Positions 48,100 to 61,410 of a DNA stretch of 64,000 nt are shown piece by piece (position 1 is the first letter of the stretch; each line of letters starts with the position of its first letter). The notes below the pieces were generated by a model. The model did no database searches, was not told the DNA's origin, and saw only the letters and a program-made list of their open reading frames with translations. Location of the stretch: positions 1,240,001 to 1,304,000 of the forward strand of contig MU057781.1 in assembly GCA_013265495.1 (NCBI GenBank). Direction: 5' to 3'. This DNA comes from Vicugna vicugna. Lineage: Eukaryota. A program made the translations under genes and the position numbers.

Positions 48100-50859
48100 A
48101 ACTCAAGTATCAGCTGAAATACAACAAAGCAAACCTGTATCTCAAACCCCGCAGGGAAACAGCAGCTACAAGCGATGATGAAACCCAGGAGACGAAAATG
48201 AACGTTGCTCATGCCGTCACCTTCGGCCAGAGGCCACGCCCGAGTCTCTGCAAGGAAGCTTTCCCGGCGGCACCGGCCGAGCGGCCCGCCGGCCGACAGC
48301 TGGTGTGCGGAGGGGAGCTGCAGCTCAGCCCCGGGCAAACGCCCCACGGAGAGCGTTTATCAGCGCCTTCTGAGGAAAGTCGTGTCAGAAATACACAAAT
48401 CAGTTTTACAGAAACAAACGTGTCCGGGAGTTCCTCAGCTACAGCGTGGAAATTCTGGTTTTGCGCAGAGAAACTACAGGTTGAGTGGTGTTTCTAGAAG
48501 TGGTCATCACTGGGCCTGCGTGCGGAAGCTGGGCACAGGCAGCGGGCGTGGAGGTTCGCGTGGCTGGAGCTGGCCCGGTGCGGGAGTGCGGGAGACAGAC
48601 CTTCGCGGACACTCAGACACGAGGACAGTCCGCGCAGAGGGACCGAGTGCGTGGCGATCAGAGTGCGGCCGAGGGGACCGGCCGGTGGGAGGACGTGGGA
48701 GCATGGTGGACAGGCCACCTAGACCATGTAGAGCTGATGAGAGCCCTGCCCACAGGGCCACCCGTCCCCTCGCCCCCCACCGGGATGCACTTCAGGACGT
48801 CTGGGTGGAGATCCGGCCTCGGAGCTCCCTGTCCCCGCCTTGTCTGTCGTCCCTGTCCTCTGGGGCTGGCCTCAGGAGTGACCATCGGGGGAAGAGGGAG
48901 GGGAGACCACGCTGAGCGCAGGTGGGGCACCAGGGGCACCCTGGGACTCACAGCCCGGCAGTTGGATTCTGGACCTCCTGCCCTTAGACAAGGGCACCCC
49001 TGCTTGCAGCCCCAGCAGCGCCGGACGCTCAGAGAAGCCTTCCTCCTGACGGGGGGGAGCCACGTCCGGCCCACGGCCTGTCCACGCAGGCCCCGAGCCC
49101 TGGCTGCTCCCCTGAGCTCTCCGAGGCCGCGGGTTCTGGGCACTTCATGCTCACAGCGATGATAACCTTCCTGTCTCCTCTCTGAAACCAGGCTTGGGTT
49201 CCACCAGGAGACAGGAGAGGTGCTCTCGCTGTTGGAGCTGTCTCTTGAGAGGTTTTAATTACTGCAGAGCCCTCGGGTGCCTTCTCATCTGTTTCCGACC
49301 AAAACAAATAAACACATTTGTTTACGCCTGGCCTCCGTGCAGTCCTGAGGCAGAGAGATCTCTGGGGAGGCTCCGACCACGTCCTTCACGCCTCAAGCTG
49401 GGCAGCGTCCCCGTCCCTGGGCAGAGAAGGTCATGACCTCCATGGGGCCCAGGCCTGCTCCAGCCTGCAGGCTGCACACGGGCAGGAGGCAGGGCCGTGT
49501 GGCCGGCCAGTGGGCTGTCCTGGGAGGTCTGAGGCTGGACGCTGGTGTGTCCACACCAACCTGGAGTTCAGGCCACTGCCTGCCCCACATGACCGTCCCC
49601 AGTTGTTTGCTGAGCCACGAGAGAGAAGATGGGTTTGTGTCTGAGACTGTCTTAGAGCAGTGAGAAACGTCCTTGGCGATTTTAACTGCATTTGCCAGAG
49701 GATGTTTAAATCACTCCAGACCAGCGCAGGAGAGTCAGGCCGTCCACTGAGGACCAGGCTTTGGATGGACAAGCAGCTGGGGGCTGTGGTCAGAGCAGGA
49801 AGCCCGCATTCCAGTCCCTGCCTGCCCACCCTGGGGCTGAGTGCTGAATCCCTGGACTGGGCCTCAGGGTTCAGCAGAGCCCATCCTGGAGTCCAGCCCA
49901 GAGTCCAGCCCAGACCCCAGCGAGCACGAGGGAGCGTCGAGGGATGAGAGGCCAGCACACAGGACCCGCTGGAGCATGGCTTCTGGAAAGGCCACCAGAA
50001 TTATTTCTAACTTTGTGGGACACACGGTCTCTGTGGCAGGCGCTGTGCTGCTGTGGCAGGAACAGGCTGCCGTGGGCAAAAAGGCCGTCGTGGCCGTGGG
50101 AGCACCTGCAGAAGCCGCAGCAGATGGCCGGCCCTTCTGCCTCTGGCTGCCGGTGGGGGCGCATCCGGGCTGGGGTTGGCCAGCGTCAGGGATCCAGGAG
50201 GCCTGTTCGGCCGGAGCCATGGGGGCTGAGGGCGGGCGAAGGCTGGCAGGGGAGGGAAGAAGGCCTGGGGCCTGAGCTGTTCCTGGGGTGAAATAGGGGC
50301 TGCTAGAACCTCAGGGGATCCTTCTTGGCCCAAGACCCCAGGGAACCGAAGCCAGGGCTGCTGCGTGCCCCCACCCACATCAGACTCGCCCCCGCCCCGT
50401 CCGACATTCCCGCGGCCTCATTGTCCAGCTGTGCTCCAGCCTCCGTCCCTCTCCAGGTGGCTAGCTCTGACTGTCGCTCCTCTGCCCAGAATGTTGGCAG
50501 CTTCCTTCGCCCCCAAGGACATTCCCTTTCCACTGTCCCTTGAAGCGCCCGGTGAGCCAGCCTGCAGCTCAGCTGTGTCGTTGCTCACAACCCCAAGCGG
50601 ACTGGGCCCCTCTGCACACACGCTGGCCCCGCCTGCTCCCTGCCCTGGCTTCACAGTTTCTCTCCACTGAGCAGACTCCTGTTCATCCTTCAAGGCACAG
50701 CTTGAAGGCTGCCTCCTCCAGGAAGCCCTACCTGCTTGCTCCTGCCTGCCAGAATGAGTGTCCCCTTACCCCAGGCTCACTGCTCTCCCTCTGAGCCTTA
50801 AGCAGCAGTCTCGTCTCATTCCCCCAGTAGCAGGGCCTTCCTGACTGGCCCCTCAGCCT

Positions 50860-50873
50860 CCAGCAGGTGGCAG
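50860..50873 (+). promoter_or_regulatory. CTCF core motif CCAGCAGGTGGCAG
   Basis: Perfect match to CCASYAGRKGGCRS. Motif match only, in GC-rich DNA. Confidence 0.4.
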
Positions 50874-53800
50874 GTGCTGAGTGAGCCTCAGGCCAGCCCT
50901 CGGAGCAACTTTGGAAAGCATCGGTTCCTCCATTCGCTCTGCGCACTCCAGATCCACGCCGAGACCCCCTACCCCAGTCTCTAAGGGAGGCTCAGCCCTT
51001 TCAAGAAGGGAGGACCGCCTGCCGGGTGAATGCATCTCCATGGAAACCACTCACAGTGACATCCAGGTGCTTGTTTTTGTGGCATCCATCACCGCTGAGC
51101 AGACACATCGCACAGGCGTCCGTGTCACTGAGTGAGGATGCATGACTTGGTATCGCCTGGACGGGGGTGCCTGGGGACAGATGGGTGGACTCCCCTCCTG
51201 AGAGCCCCCAGGCCGAGGCAGCGGCTCCAGCTCCACCAGAGCAAACGTTTCTGGGAAGCCCGAGCCCAGGGGCCTGAGCGCCCAGGCCTTCTGAGGCTCA
51301 CTCGGCATGGACACGAGCCACAGCCTGCGGGGCGGGAAGAGAGTCAGTGCTTCCGGGGCCTCCTCCCAAACCCCTGCCCAACCGCCCAGTGCAGCGGTCC
51401 CTCCCGTGAGACCTCCCCAGGGCCCAGCGTGCAGCTCTCCCTCCCTCCCTCCGTCCGTCTCTCTCTGTACCGTGAGGACGAGGAATATGCCTGGGTGGGG
51501 ATGGGCGGCCGTGCCGGGGCAGCTGGCCGAGGGACTGTGACCAGCAGCCAGCGGTGCTGAGGAGCCAGGAGGTCCAGGAGCAGCCTCCGGGGGAGACTCG
51601 GGGCCCCGGGGCCCAGCCTGCTGTCCTCACAAGAGCCTCGCCTCGGCTCCCAGGCGAACCATCAGGTTTACATGAGCTGTTTTGCCTCGTTGAGAATTAA
51701 AGGGCCACAAGCATCTCACAGAATTCCCACATCAAGCTTCTCAGTTTCATTCCAGCTTGGCATCGTCTGTCACAGGGCTTCTCCCCAACACAGCCTCAGG
51801 CCCTGCCCACTGGGCCCCCCGCCCCCGCACGCAGGGTCCCAGGACAAGGGCGTCTGCAGGACGGCAGCCAGCGGCCAAGTGCACGGAAACACAGCTGCTT
51901 GAAACAGGTGTCTCTACCTCCCGACTTCCCCAGGCAACCAGTGCGCAGGGGCCACCGACTCGCCGGGGAGATTGGCTCCGGGAACTGCGTGATCTTTACC
52001 TCTGTCTGGTGTCCATCTCGCCCCCTCCACTGCCGCCCCCCACACATCACTGTGTCAGGAGCGGCTGTGCGCCGCCCGCCCAGAGCTAGTGCGGGTCTGC
52101 CTGGGACGCAAGGCACATCTGGGACCAGGGCTGAAGCTGAGACGGCGTGGCAGACCTCGGGACGTTTCAGCAGGTGGCAAAGGGCCACGTGACGGCAAGG
52201 AGAAGGGGGGTCGGAGCCCAGGTGGCACGGGGTTCCTACCCACAGAGCAGGCGCCCAGGTAGACGCCGGGCCTTTACAGACTCGCGGCTCCCACGCACGA
52301 CCTGTCGTGTTGGAGCAAGGGCCACGGCCCAGCCCCCAGGCCGCCAGTGTGGTCACCACAGCCGCGTCCGTCCCCCCCGCACAGGCAGCTGGGAAGCAAA
52401 CCCCAGAACTCACCATTCTGCCCAGGAACGCTCGATAAGTGCAGACACAGCGCCACAACCAACCCCCGAAACAGCAAGAAAATGCCTGTCTTTAATCAGA
52501 TGTTTAGCCCGTGTTCACATTTTCAAGATTATCTTGTAATTTCACCTTTTATTTTTTCAAGCAGGGTCTGAAAGTCCTGAGCCGTGCTGGTTCGTGTCTC
52601 TTCCTCTCCTGGTGCGTTTTTGTGAGAGAATCACCGTCATTTGTTCCCGCGTCTGGGCTCCCGGTCGCACCCGGGCACAGTCCGTCTCGAGGCCTCTGGG
52701 TTCTGCGTCAAGCGTGTCACAGTTCAGGAAGCCTGGACCCCCCCCCGTCTCGTGATGGCCACGCCCGCATCACCAGCTCATCGGGGCTAAAAAGAACTCC
52801 ATCCTTTGCCCTCCTCTTCCCTGGAACGCTTCAGGGGCAGAGACTGCCTCTCGCCACCTCCTTGGCGACTCCAAGGTGCACTTTCTCGGGAAAGGCAGGA
52901 TTTTCCAGGATTGAAAGGGAAAGACCGATGTTGGCAGGAGGGTTTGAAAGTCAACGTGAAGTCTCGACTTGGTGGATCCGACTGAGTCCAAGCCACTTTT
53001 GGAGAAAAGTGCTTAATCGGCAACCTTTTATTAAACTGGAGATTAGGAGGGCTGGCTTTATCAGTGGTGCAGAAGTGACTGAGGATGGCGGTGCACGGTG
53101 CAGGGGCCCAGCGTGGGAAACAGAATCTTTCTGCAGAGCTGCGCCCGCACGCCCGGGTGAGCCCAGGGGTCCTGGGTCCGTGGGCCTGGGCGGGGCTCCC
53201 GGGGGGTGCTGAGCAGGGAGAGAGGCTCATTCTCCATGGTCGGCCCGTCTGTCCTTGACAAGTGTGTCCCCGAATCTCTAACTGGAGGCACTGGGTGGCG
53301 TGTGGTCAGGTTTGGGGAGGCTCATTCCCCTCTGCTGGGACCCTGGGCCTGGCCCTCCCTCGGTGTCCCTAGGCCAAGCCCCCTCCCTGCCATGCTGTCT
53401 CCACAACTGGCGCCCCACAACCTCAGGGAGCTGGGCTGAGTGGGGGCCGAGCCCGTGGGAGGACACTCCGCCTTTCTTCCCCTCCACGACCCCCACGTCT
53501 GGCATCCCGCAGTGGGGCTCCTGCATGGTGCAGGGGTGAAAGATCGCCCTGGCCGGAGCCTGCCGTGTGGACAACTTCTGCCCACCTGGACGAGATGGAC
53601 AGAGCAGGCTGACGGCAGCTTCCTAGTCACCAGCGATGCCCACAGGGGCTGCCCTCGGGGCCAGGAACCTCTGCCCCCAGCCCTGTCCCCCACAGCTCTG
53701 AGGTGGCTGGGCTGGGGGAGGAGGTGGGAGCCCTCGGGAGGCCCCGGGGGCCCGGGGCTGATGGGCAGTGGGATGGGGGCTGGAGCACGGGGAGCGGGAG

Positions 53801-56800
53801 GAGGGAAATTGTGCCAAGGGAGTTATGCCCCACGAGGGGTGGGGCGGACACTGGGGCTGGGCGAGACCTCAGTCCGGCGGACGGAGTGTGAGTGCCCGCT
53901 GGGGTGGAGGAACAAGGCTTCAGGGCAGGCGCTGGATGGGGAGGCACGGGGTCTCCTTCCCTGGCTGGTGACGAGCCTCCGGTGGGTGACGAGCTGGGCA
54001 GGCAGGACGGTGGTGCTGCTGGCGGCCGAGGCCCCGAGGGCTGCCGGGCAGAGCGGAGTCCGCCCCCGGTCTTGCGCTCCGAGGAGTGCGTGTGCTTCCC
54101 AGAGCCTCCATCCGCTCCCACTCGCCCACACTCTCCTCGGTCTCCCCTCGCCTGCCGCTCTGTGGCGCGTGTGGACGTACTGGCCAAGTACTTGGAGTCT
54201 GTGAACTGTGTTTTGAAATGAACGAGGATCTTAGCTGTCGTAGACTCCTGGGATGGACGAGCCTGCCTGGTGGCGGGGGGCCAAAGTGCAGGCGAGGCCA
54301 GCGCCACAGTGATGTCCTGCCGTTGACGGGGGGTGGGGGGTGCCGGCCGAGCGGGGAGCGTGGCCCGCCCGCGTGTGCTGGGTCTGCGTGCCCCACCCGC
54401 CACCGGCCCCACGCCTCTCGCAGGCGCCTCTCACCGCCCGCGTGGCCCCGGGCGGGGCCAGGCTGGTCACCGCGTCCCCGAGCCCCCCAGCAGGCCTGCC
54501 CTGCAGGAGCGTCTGTTCACTGCTTTTGCTGGATGCCTGTTTGAGTGACGTGGGGATTTTGAAAAACTTTGTGTTCACAAGTTGTAATCTTTTTTTTCAA
54601 AATTCAAGGGTTTCTCTACTTTTGTTTTTTTTATCATAGTATTTGTTTTTTCCTTATTTCTTGAACTTTTTGACTTGTAACTAATTTTACTTGTCTTGCC
54701 CTGCTTTGTAATGTGAGCAAATTGTGGGCAGCAAATCCAATAACTGTAAACTAAGGAGTTAGTTGAAAAAACCTAAATATCACAACTATCAAAATTTCGT
54801 ATTTTTTATTGTTTAAACTGATTTTATTGAGCTTTGTCTTTACAAAAACAATACGTGGTCAGTAACATAACGTCTAAAATACGGACGCAGAATAAGGTGA
54901 CCAGACTCAGCTCCGGCCCGGCCGTGGCACCAGGGGCGCCCCTCGGCGCTCAGTTGTTCCGACGCATCCGCACGCACCGCGAGCTCTTCCACGCCGTCAC
55001 GCCCACCGTCCGTGAACGGCGGCCTGCACGCCTCCTTGCTGAGAGCTGCTGACCAGCTACCACCGGCAGGCGTCTGTTCCTCCGACCCACCCCGGTGTCA
55101 GGCGCTTAGATTGCTCCCAACCTCTGCCATTCCAACGGCTCCAAGCAAGAAGGACTTGCAGGAAATGATCAGAAATTGAAATTCATATTACTTCTAGGCT
55201 TAGGGATATTTCGAAAGGAGAGAGAGAAATGTTTCAAGATGTAAAGTGGCAGCCTGTCCTGCGGGGAGCTGAAAGGGCTGAAACTAGGAAAACCAGTGAC
55301 TTGGGACATGAATTTTCAAACAAATCATTATTTTAACAGATTTGCCAGGTGGGGCAACTTGCTTTTGACCACACCTAATTTGGTAAAATTGCTTTGGCTA
55401 GAACATCAGAAGCGTTGGCCAGCCCCAGGCGGGAGGCAGCCAGGAGGAGACTGGGGCGGGGAAGCCAGTCTGAGCCAGGCTGCTGGGATGGGCTGACCAG
55501 GCAGGGCCTTGGCGGGCAGGGCCGGGTCTGGCGGTGGAGCAGGAGCTTACACAGGAAGGAGGGCTCGTCCTGCCGGTGGGCAGGGTGGCGGGGTCAGGCC
55601 CTGGCCAGCGCTGCCTCCAGGCCCAGGGCTGTCCAGGCAGCACCAAGGACAGCTCAGGCCAGCTGGTTGTCTCCTCTTCCCGCTGCGTCCACTGCCCCGG
55701 GGGTGGAGGCAGCAGGGGGTGGCGTCCCCGCACGGACAGAGCAGGGACAGCAGACAAAGGCCCTCACAGAAGGGATTTCCCCAAGACCCTGCACTCCTGG
55801 CGGGACCCCCAAGACGCCGGCTCCAGTCCCAGGAGGCTGGATGTTTCCATGAAACAGCAACTTTGCATAATGATTCCGGTCTGCAAACTGGACTTCCCTC
55901 AAGTCTGAAACCACCTGACCACTGGAAGTCCCTGCTTCTTTCCTGACTCCAGGTGGACAGGAAGAGGTGCTTTGACGAAGGACAGTGGAAGCAGGAGACG
56001 CCAGTGACACGTCCACAGACGTCCCCAGATTAACTCTGAGTCCAGAAGAGGATGTGTCCTGGAAGTGAGGGAACTCCCTGTGGTCCCCTGGTCCCCTCAG
56101 AGCCAGCGTCAGGGCTGTGGCTCCACCGTCCCTCTCAGTGGACGCCTGGGTGGGGCATGACCAGCACACGTGATCAGCCCCTGTTAAGCCTCCGCTGCAC
56201 ATGAGGGCTCCCACGGCAGAGTGTGGGACGCGTCGGAGCCCGAGCCCGTGGCTGGCACGTCCTCCCCACCCGGTGCCACAGGGGGCCCTTGGTCAGTGGG
56301 ACCCCACCAGGCGGTCATGCGTGTGCAGGTCTGCCCGTGAGGGTGTGCAGCCCAGGGCCCTCAGAGGTGACAGTGGGCAGAAGCTGGTTTACAGCTCAGG
56401 GTCCCTGGTCTCCGAGGGAAGCTCAGACACATCCTCCGACTGGCCAGGGCTGAGGCTGCGAGTCTCCACTGGGCGACACCCGCGCTGGGTGCCAAGGGCA
56501 GGCCCTGCCTGTGGAGCACACCACGGGACGTTGGTCCTTTAGAGAATGGCGGTGGGCCGCGTTCTCAGTGTTTGCTCCCACACCCCACACCCCTCATGTA
56601 CTGCAGAGAGCCGGGGTCACCAAGGCGTCCCACTGATGGGCTCACCCAGGACGTCAGGGGTCCAGGACTGAGAGCTCCTGGAGGCAGGGGAGGCACGGGG
56701 CTCTGAGAGATGAGGGACGGGGCACCATGCTCACCTGCCTGGGAGCCACCCCATGCCATACCCAGCCCGACCCCGCAACCTGTGGAACCCAAGGAGGGCC

Positions 56801-57135
56801 TGCTCAGGCTCGGCCAAGAGAGGGCGGCCCTGTGCCCCGACCCCCAGCTGAGATGTTTCTCAGAGGAGGCACCCCATTGTTAGTGAGGGGCCCTCAAGCA
56901 CCTGAGGCTGCCCGTTGGTCACAGTGGTCAGTGGGCAGTTGCACCGGGGGTAGCCTGGGGGCTCCGAGAGCCTTCACGGAGGAAAGGCACCATTGAGAAA
57001 ATGATAAGTTTGTTCATTGGCCTGTCTGGTTCTCAGACTCTGTGCCACCTCAGGGCAGAGTGAATTGTTGGTGTAAATCTTTGTTAGAAACATTCTGCAC
57101 AAATTCAAACTGATGCTGCTGTGGGGGGAGGGCTG

Positions 57136-57149
57136 GTTGCCACGGCAAC
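57136..57149. promoter_or_regulatory. RFX X-box GTTGCCACGGCAAC
   Basis: 13/14 match to the palindrome GTTGCCATGGCAAC, next to an AT-rich island at 56990-57200. Confidence 0.55.
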
Positions 57150-60100
57150 AGGAGAGCAGCTTTAATTCTGCTCCATGAGCCGCGGATGCTAAGTACACGA
57201 TGGGTCGGGTACTGGGTGTCCAGCCTCTCGGGCCGAGCTGCACACAGCCTGGAGGCGCCACCTCCATCCGGCACAGACAGCTCCCACCTCAGGCTGTCAG
57301 ACTCCCCAGGAAACGGCCGGAAAGTGAGCTGCCCCGAGGATCCCTAAAGTGTCCATAGAGGGGGCGAGTCCAGCTTGAGACCCAGCAGCCCGCCGGAGGC
57401 TGTTCCCACCGCCACTGCTGCGTCTTCAGTGAGCTCCTGCACGGGGAGGTGGGGCCAGACATGCGTCCAGGGAAAGGAAGGAGTGCCCGCATCTCCCTGA
57501 GCTGACCCCCCATCCACCATCCAACCCTTGATCCCAGCATCGTCCCCTGGCCATTCCAGTCTTCACACGAGCAGCCTGCAGGTTCCCGAGGTCTAAAGGC
57601 GCAGAGAGAAACTGGCTCGTCTCCACACACGTGTCCTGGGCCTGGGGACCAGGACCTCCAGCCTCCAGCCTGGGTGGGGCAGCAGCTGGCTCTCTGCCCG
57701 AGGTTCCTGTTGGGACAAGGTGGGCCCATGCTGCAAGCCCCAGGCTGCCCCTGAGCGGCTGTCCCGGCCACACACAACCCCCAACACCCCAGCAGAAGCT
57801 GCCGGTCACCTCTGCCTCAGAAGTGACTTTCCATCAGAGGGAAGCCGCATAAAGTGCTGGGGGCTGCAGAGAGGAGGTCAGGGCTGCTGCCCTGATGGCC
57901 AAGCCCCGCCTGCGCTGGGAAGACCTCTGTGGCCGCGAGTCCTGAGCTCTGCATGTGCCAGAAACTAGCCTCTTCAGGAGGTAGGTGGAGACTCAGCGCA
58001 GCGAGGGACCGGGAGCCGCAGTCTGCTAGACACTTGTCTTACGGCTGTGAAATAAGTCAAGCCAAACACGTTTCAGGAGTGAGTTCTCGGTGCCAGTGGG
58101 AGGCCTGTGCTTCACGAATACCTTGTTCAGAAGGTGAGTCTTCAGTGTGCTAGTAGATTGTAAAGGGCGAGAGGTGCACTGAAGCTGTCTCCCGTGGTCA
58201 GCTGCAGATTCCAGAAAGCAGAGGCTCCATTTGCTGATGGACGACAGCTCGGGGCCCACGATGCTATTTCCACACGGGGCTCGAGGCAGAAGGCAGCCAG
58301 GGGCACACCTGGCCACAGCCACCTGAGGCCCAGCAACAAAGGGAGGGTGCAGTGTCCACGACACCCAGGACGCAACCCGGTCCACAGGGGTCCCTGTGGG
58401 CCCTCTGAGCTGCGGCTGTCACCGCAGGAGGCAGAAGGCCTGAGGCTCCCAGCAGCGCCAGCCTCTGAAGGCCCAGGGCGGCCTCGGTGGCCGCTTTCCC
58501 CAGCCTGGCTCTGCCGCTAACACGGGGGCCGGTGAAGCAGCTGACAGCTGCGGCCTCAGTCTCCCCACCTCGCAGGCGCAGCCCTGTGCTGAGTACAGAG
58601 CTCGACACTGTGGGGCAGCGTGAGGACCGCTGGGCCCACATCCCCTCCGCAGGCAGCTCAGAGGCCTGGGGGCGGGTCGTCCAAGCCCAAGGAGGGGCTG
58701 GCGGGGCAGCTGTGAGGAGGGCTGGGCACCCCGACCACTCACAAAGCCCGAGGCCCAGTTTCTCTTCCCGAGAGACGCCCCCCTACCCAAACTAACACTG
58801 GGATCCAGGGGGCCAGCTGCCCCCAGGTCCAGGCCCCCAAATGCAAGGTCAGGATGGTGGTAGTCAGACAGGCCTGTCTGCCTGAAGTCCCCTCTGGGGG
58901 ACCCCCGAAGCACACAGGCCCTCTGTGCACCCCACTCAGACCCCAGGGCCCCAAAACCCTCAAGGCCCCCCATGCATCCCCCTGGACCCCTGGTGAGTCT
59001 GGTCTTGGTGAGCCTTTGGGGCCTGTGGGCCGCAGCCCCGGGCCCACAGGGCAGCACTGGGGCCTGGGCGGGGGGTGCTCCTCCAGGCCACCCCTCCCTG
59101 TCTCTCTGCACCCGCACACACCTCCTGCAAGTTCTCCCAGAAGCCACCACTGGTCCCGGCCCCCACCTGCTCTGAGGCCAGGGCAGGTCACAGCCTCTAG
59201 GGGAGAGGGCGCAGGGTCAGACAGGAGACTGTGCACAGGGCAGAGGGACAGCCCCCGGCACGGCCTCTCCTCCGTGCCCTGCTGCTGCTGCGGTACAGGG
59301 CCCCGTGCCAGGCAGCTCACGCCCGTCTTTCTGTCATCTCCGGGCTGGGAGCCCCTGCCGGCAGCAAGGGGCTGCCCTGTGCTCACCTGTGCCCCTGCCC
59401 TGGAGTCTGCGAAGGGACCTGTAGGTGGGCACGGGTCCGTGGGGACCACCCAGCCTGGGGGAGTCTGAGCAGAATGCCCCCCAGGTCAGGGTGGGCCTTC
59501 CCAACTCCCCCAAACCCCACTTGCCCAGGACCACCCACTGGGCCCCCAGGGAGCTCCATGAGCCCTCCAGCCCCTGAGGGAGCAGTGCCAGGACTCCGGG
59601 GCCGGGCTTGGGGCGGGAGGGTCTCCACCCAGCCTTGATGCCCAGTCTCTGGGCAACTGGAAAGTCACTTCACCCCTTGGGGTTTCGTGTCCCTCGTCAG
59701 AAGTTCAGGACCCATCACAGCAGCCCACAGAAGGGCAACGGGAAAGTCAGGAGGGTCAGGGACATGGAGCGTCAGGAATACTGGGTGGGATGAGGGACAG
59801 GAGGGCTGGGAATGCCCCACCGAGAGGTCCCGCTGGCTGGGCCTTGGCCCCCTCCCCCCCCCACTGTGGGCCCTTCCCTCCACCTGCTGCCTCTTCTTGA
59901 CGCCCTGTCACTGGTCTCTGCCACCCAGGCTGGGGGCTGGGACCCTGAACCGGGCAGGGGTCTGCGGGGGCTCTTTCTGCATGGCTGAGGCCGTCCACAC
60001 TGGCAGGAGGACCCTGCTGACTCACGCTGGCACCGACCCGTGTGTTCACCTCGGTGTGGCCGTATTTGGATTTGAGAACATTTTAATACGAGGACTGTGA

Positions 60101-60299
60101 AAACGTCTCCAGAATCAATTTCCTTGTTCGTGTGTCTGTTGTCGGAGCCCTAGATGGACGGGATTTCCTCTGAGAGTGAAACAAAAACACCAGGCCTCCT
60201 CCTGCGTCCTCTCGGGGACGTGCTTTAATGTGAGGTGCCCGACTCTGCTGGAAGCAAAGGCAAAACCTTCGGTTGTCTCTTTAAATCGTCTCTGCATTG

Positions 60300-60530
60300 T
60301 GACGGGCGGCAGGCTGGCAGCGGGCTGGCTGGGACGAACCATTCCGGCCCTGCCGCAGGGAGCCGGCCACCGCGCCGCACCATCAGCGCCTCCCCCATCC
60401 CCATGGTTACGGCTCCTGCTTCCGACCATCCCTCGTCCCTGACCGTCGCCGCCCGCGGGAGCAGGCGCAGCGGCCGCTGGCAGTCCTCACGCAGAGTTCG
60501 GGAAGCTGCCTGCTGAGAATTGCACTGAAT
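60300..60530 (+). promoter_or_regulatory. CpG-dense putative promoter/TSS region upstream of the ADGRA1 5' exons
   Basis: Dense CpG (ccaccgcgccgcacc, cgtcgccgcccgcgggagcaggcgcagcggccgc) immediately 5' of the first relic exon. The TSS is not determined. Confidence 0.45.
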
Positions 60531-60570
60531 GTCGGCTGCTCCTGGCTCTGACTCATCCTCCGGGGTGCAG

Positions 60571-60744
60571 AGCCCCGGCCGGCGCTGGGCTGCGGTCCTG
60601 CAATCTGTTGATAACTCCACTTGCAGGCTCCAGAGCGCTGCCTCTGGGATGGAAAACTGCTCCCCAGACCCGAGAACTCACCGCGGCTCGCCGCCAACGG
60701 GAGGCACAGGACCGTGGCCACTCCAGCTGTTTTCACCAAAATAG
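60571..60744 (+). pseudogene. ADGRA1: Relic GAIN-domain exon of ADGRA1, frameshifted and probably 5' UTR; 5' boundary uncertain
   Basis: With a 1-nt deletion at ~60643 it reads VDNSTCRLQSAA/WDGKLLPRPENSPRLAANGRHRTVATPAVFTKI-G, versus recalled ADGRA3 TDDSLYKLQLIAFRNGKLFPATGNSTNLADDGKRRTVVTPVILTKID. Donor G|gtgaga at 60744/60745, phase 1. Confidence 0.8.
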
Positions 60745-61410
60745 GTGAGAAGTTGGGCTGTGCGTCTCCGGGGTTTGTGGCAGGTGGGCCCCAGTGAGGC
60801 AGCGACAGGGCCCGGGGAGGCAAGCTCGGAGCCCACTGGCCGTGGTGTCCACTCCCTGGCCGCTTCCTGGGCGCCAAGCCAGGGAGGCGATTCCTGCTGT
60901 TCCGAGTGCAGATTCTGGATAACTTTGGGTTCCACTGACGGCCCGGAGCCGCCAAAGGACTCAGTCTGTGGGGGGACACAGCCCCTGAGGTCCAGCCACG
61001 TCCAGGCAGCAGAGGCTTCCGTCCGCCCGGGCTGGCTGTTCCCTGGGAGATTAATTCAAGCTCTGTTGACTCCCTTGATTTAAACTGACAGGCAGGCCGT
61101 GCGTGTTTCTTGCAGCCCAAGACTGGGTTGAGTGTCTTGTGCTGGGATGGTGAGCAGAGGTGGGGTTTCAAACACGGGGAAGGAAGGGTCCCCGCGCAGC
61201 GTGTGGCTGTGGGCCAGGTCCCTCCGAGGCCCTGAGGCCCAGGTTGGCCCGGAACCTCTGCTGCCCAGACGGGCCCGAGACAGACACTCCAACAGGCTGG
61301 CTGGTGGAGAGGAGCCAAGGTGGGGGCCAACTTTGGGAGGTGCTGCCGGCCATGCTGGGGGTCCCCTGCGGAGGGGGACCCCCCCACCTGACCCTGCCCT
61401 GTCTTCGCAG

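Noticed and set aside
55953-55990. Acceptor followed by RKRCFDEGQW, resembling the hormone-binding-domain CxxxGxW motif
   Set aside because: Flanking residues and exon position/phase do not match the ADGRA3 exon. The match is too short.
58095-58139. QWEACASRIPCSE followed by a gtgagt donor, resembling ADGRA3 QREAKACSRIVQC
   Set aside because: Needs two gaps and the donor falls in the wrong place. Not supportable by eye.
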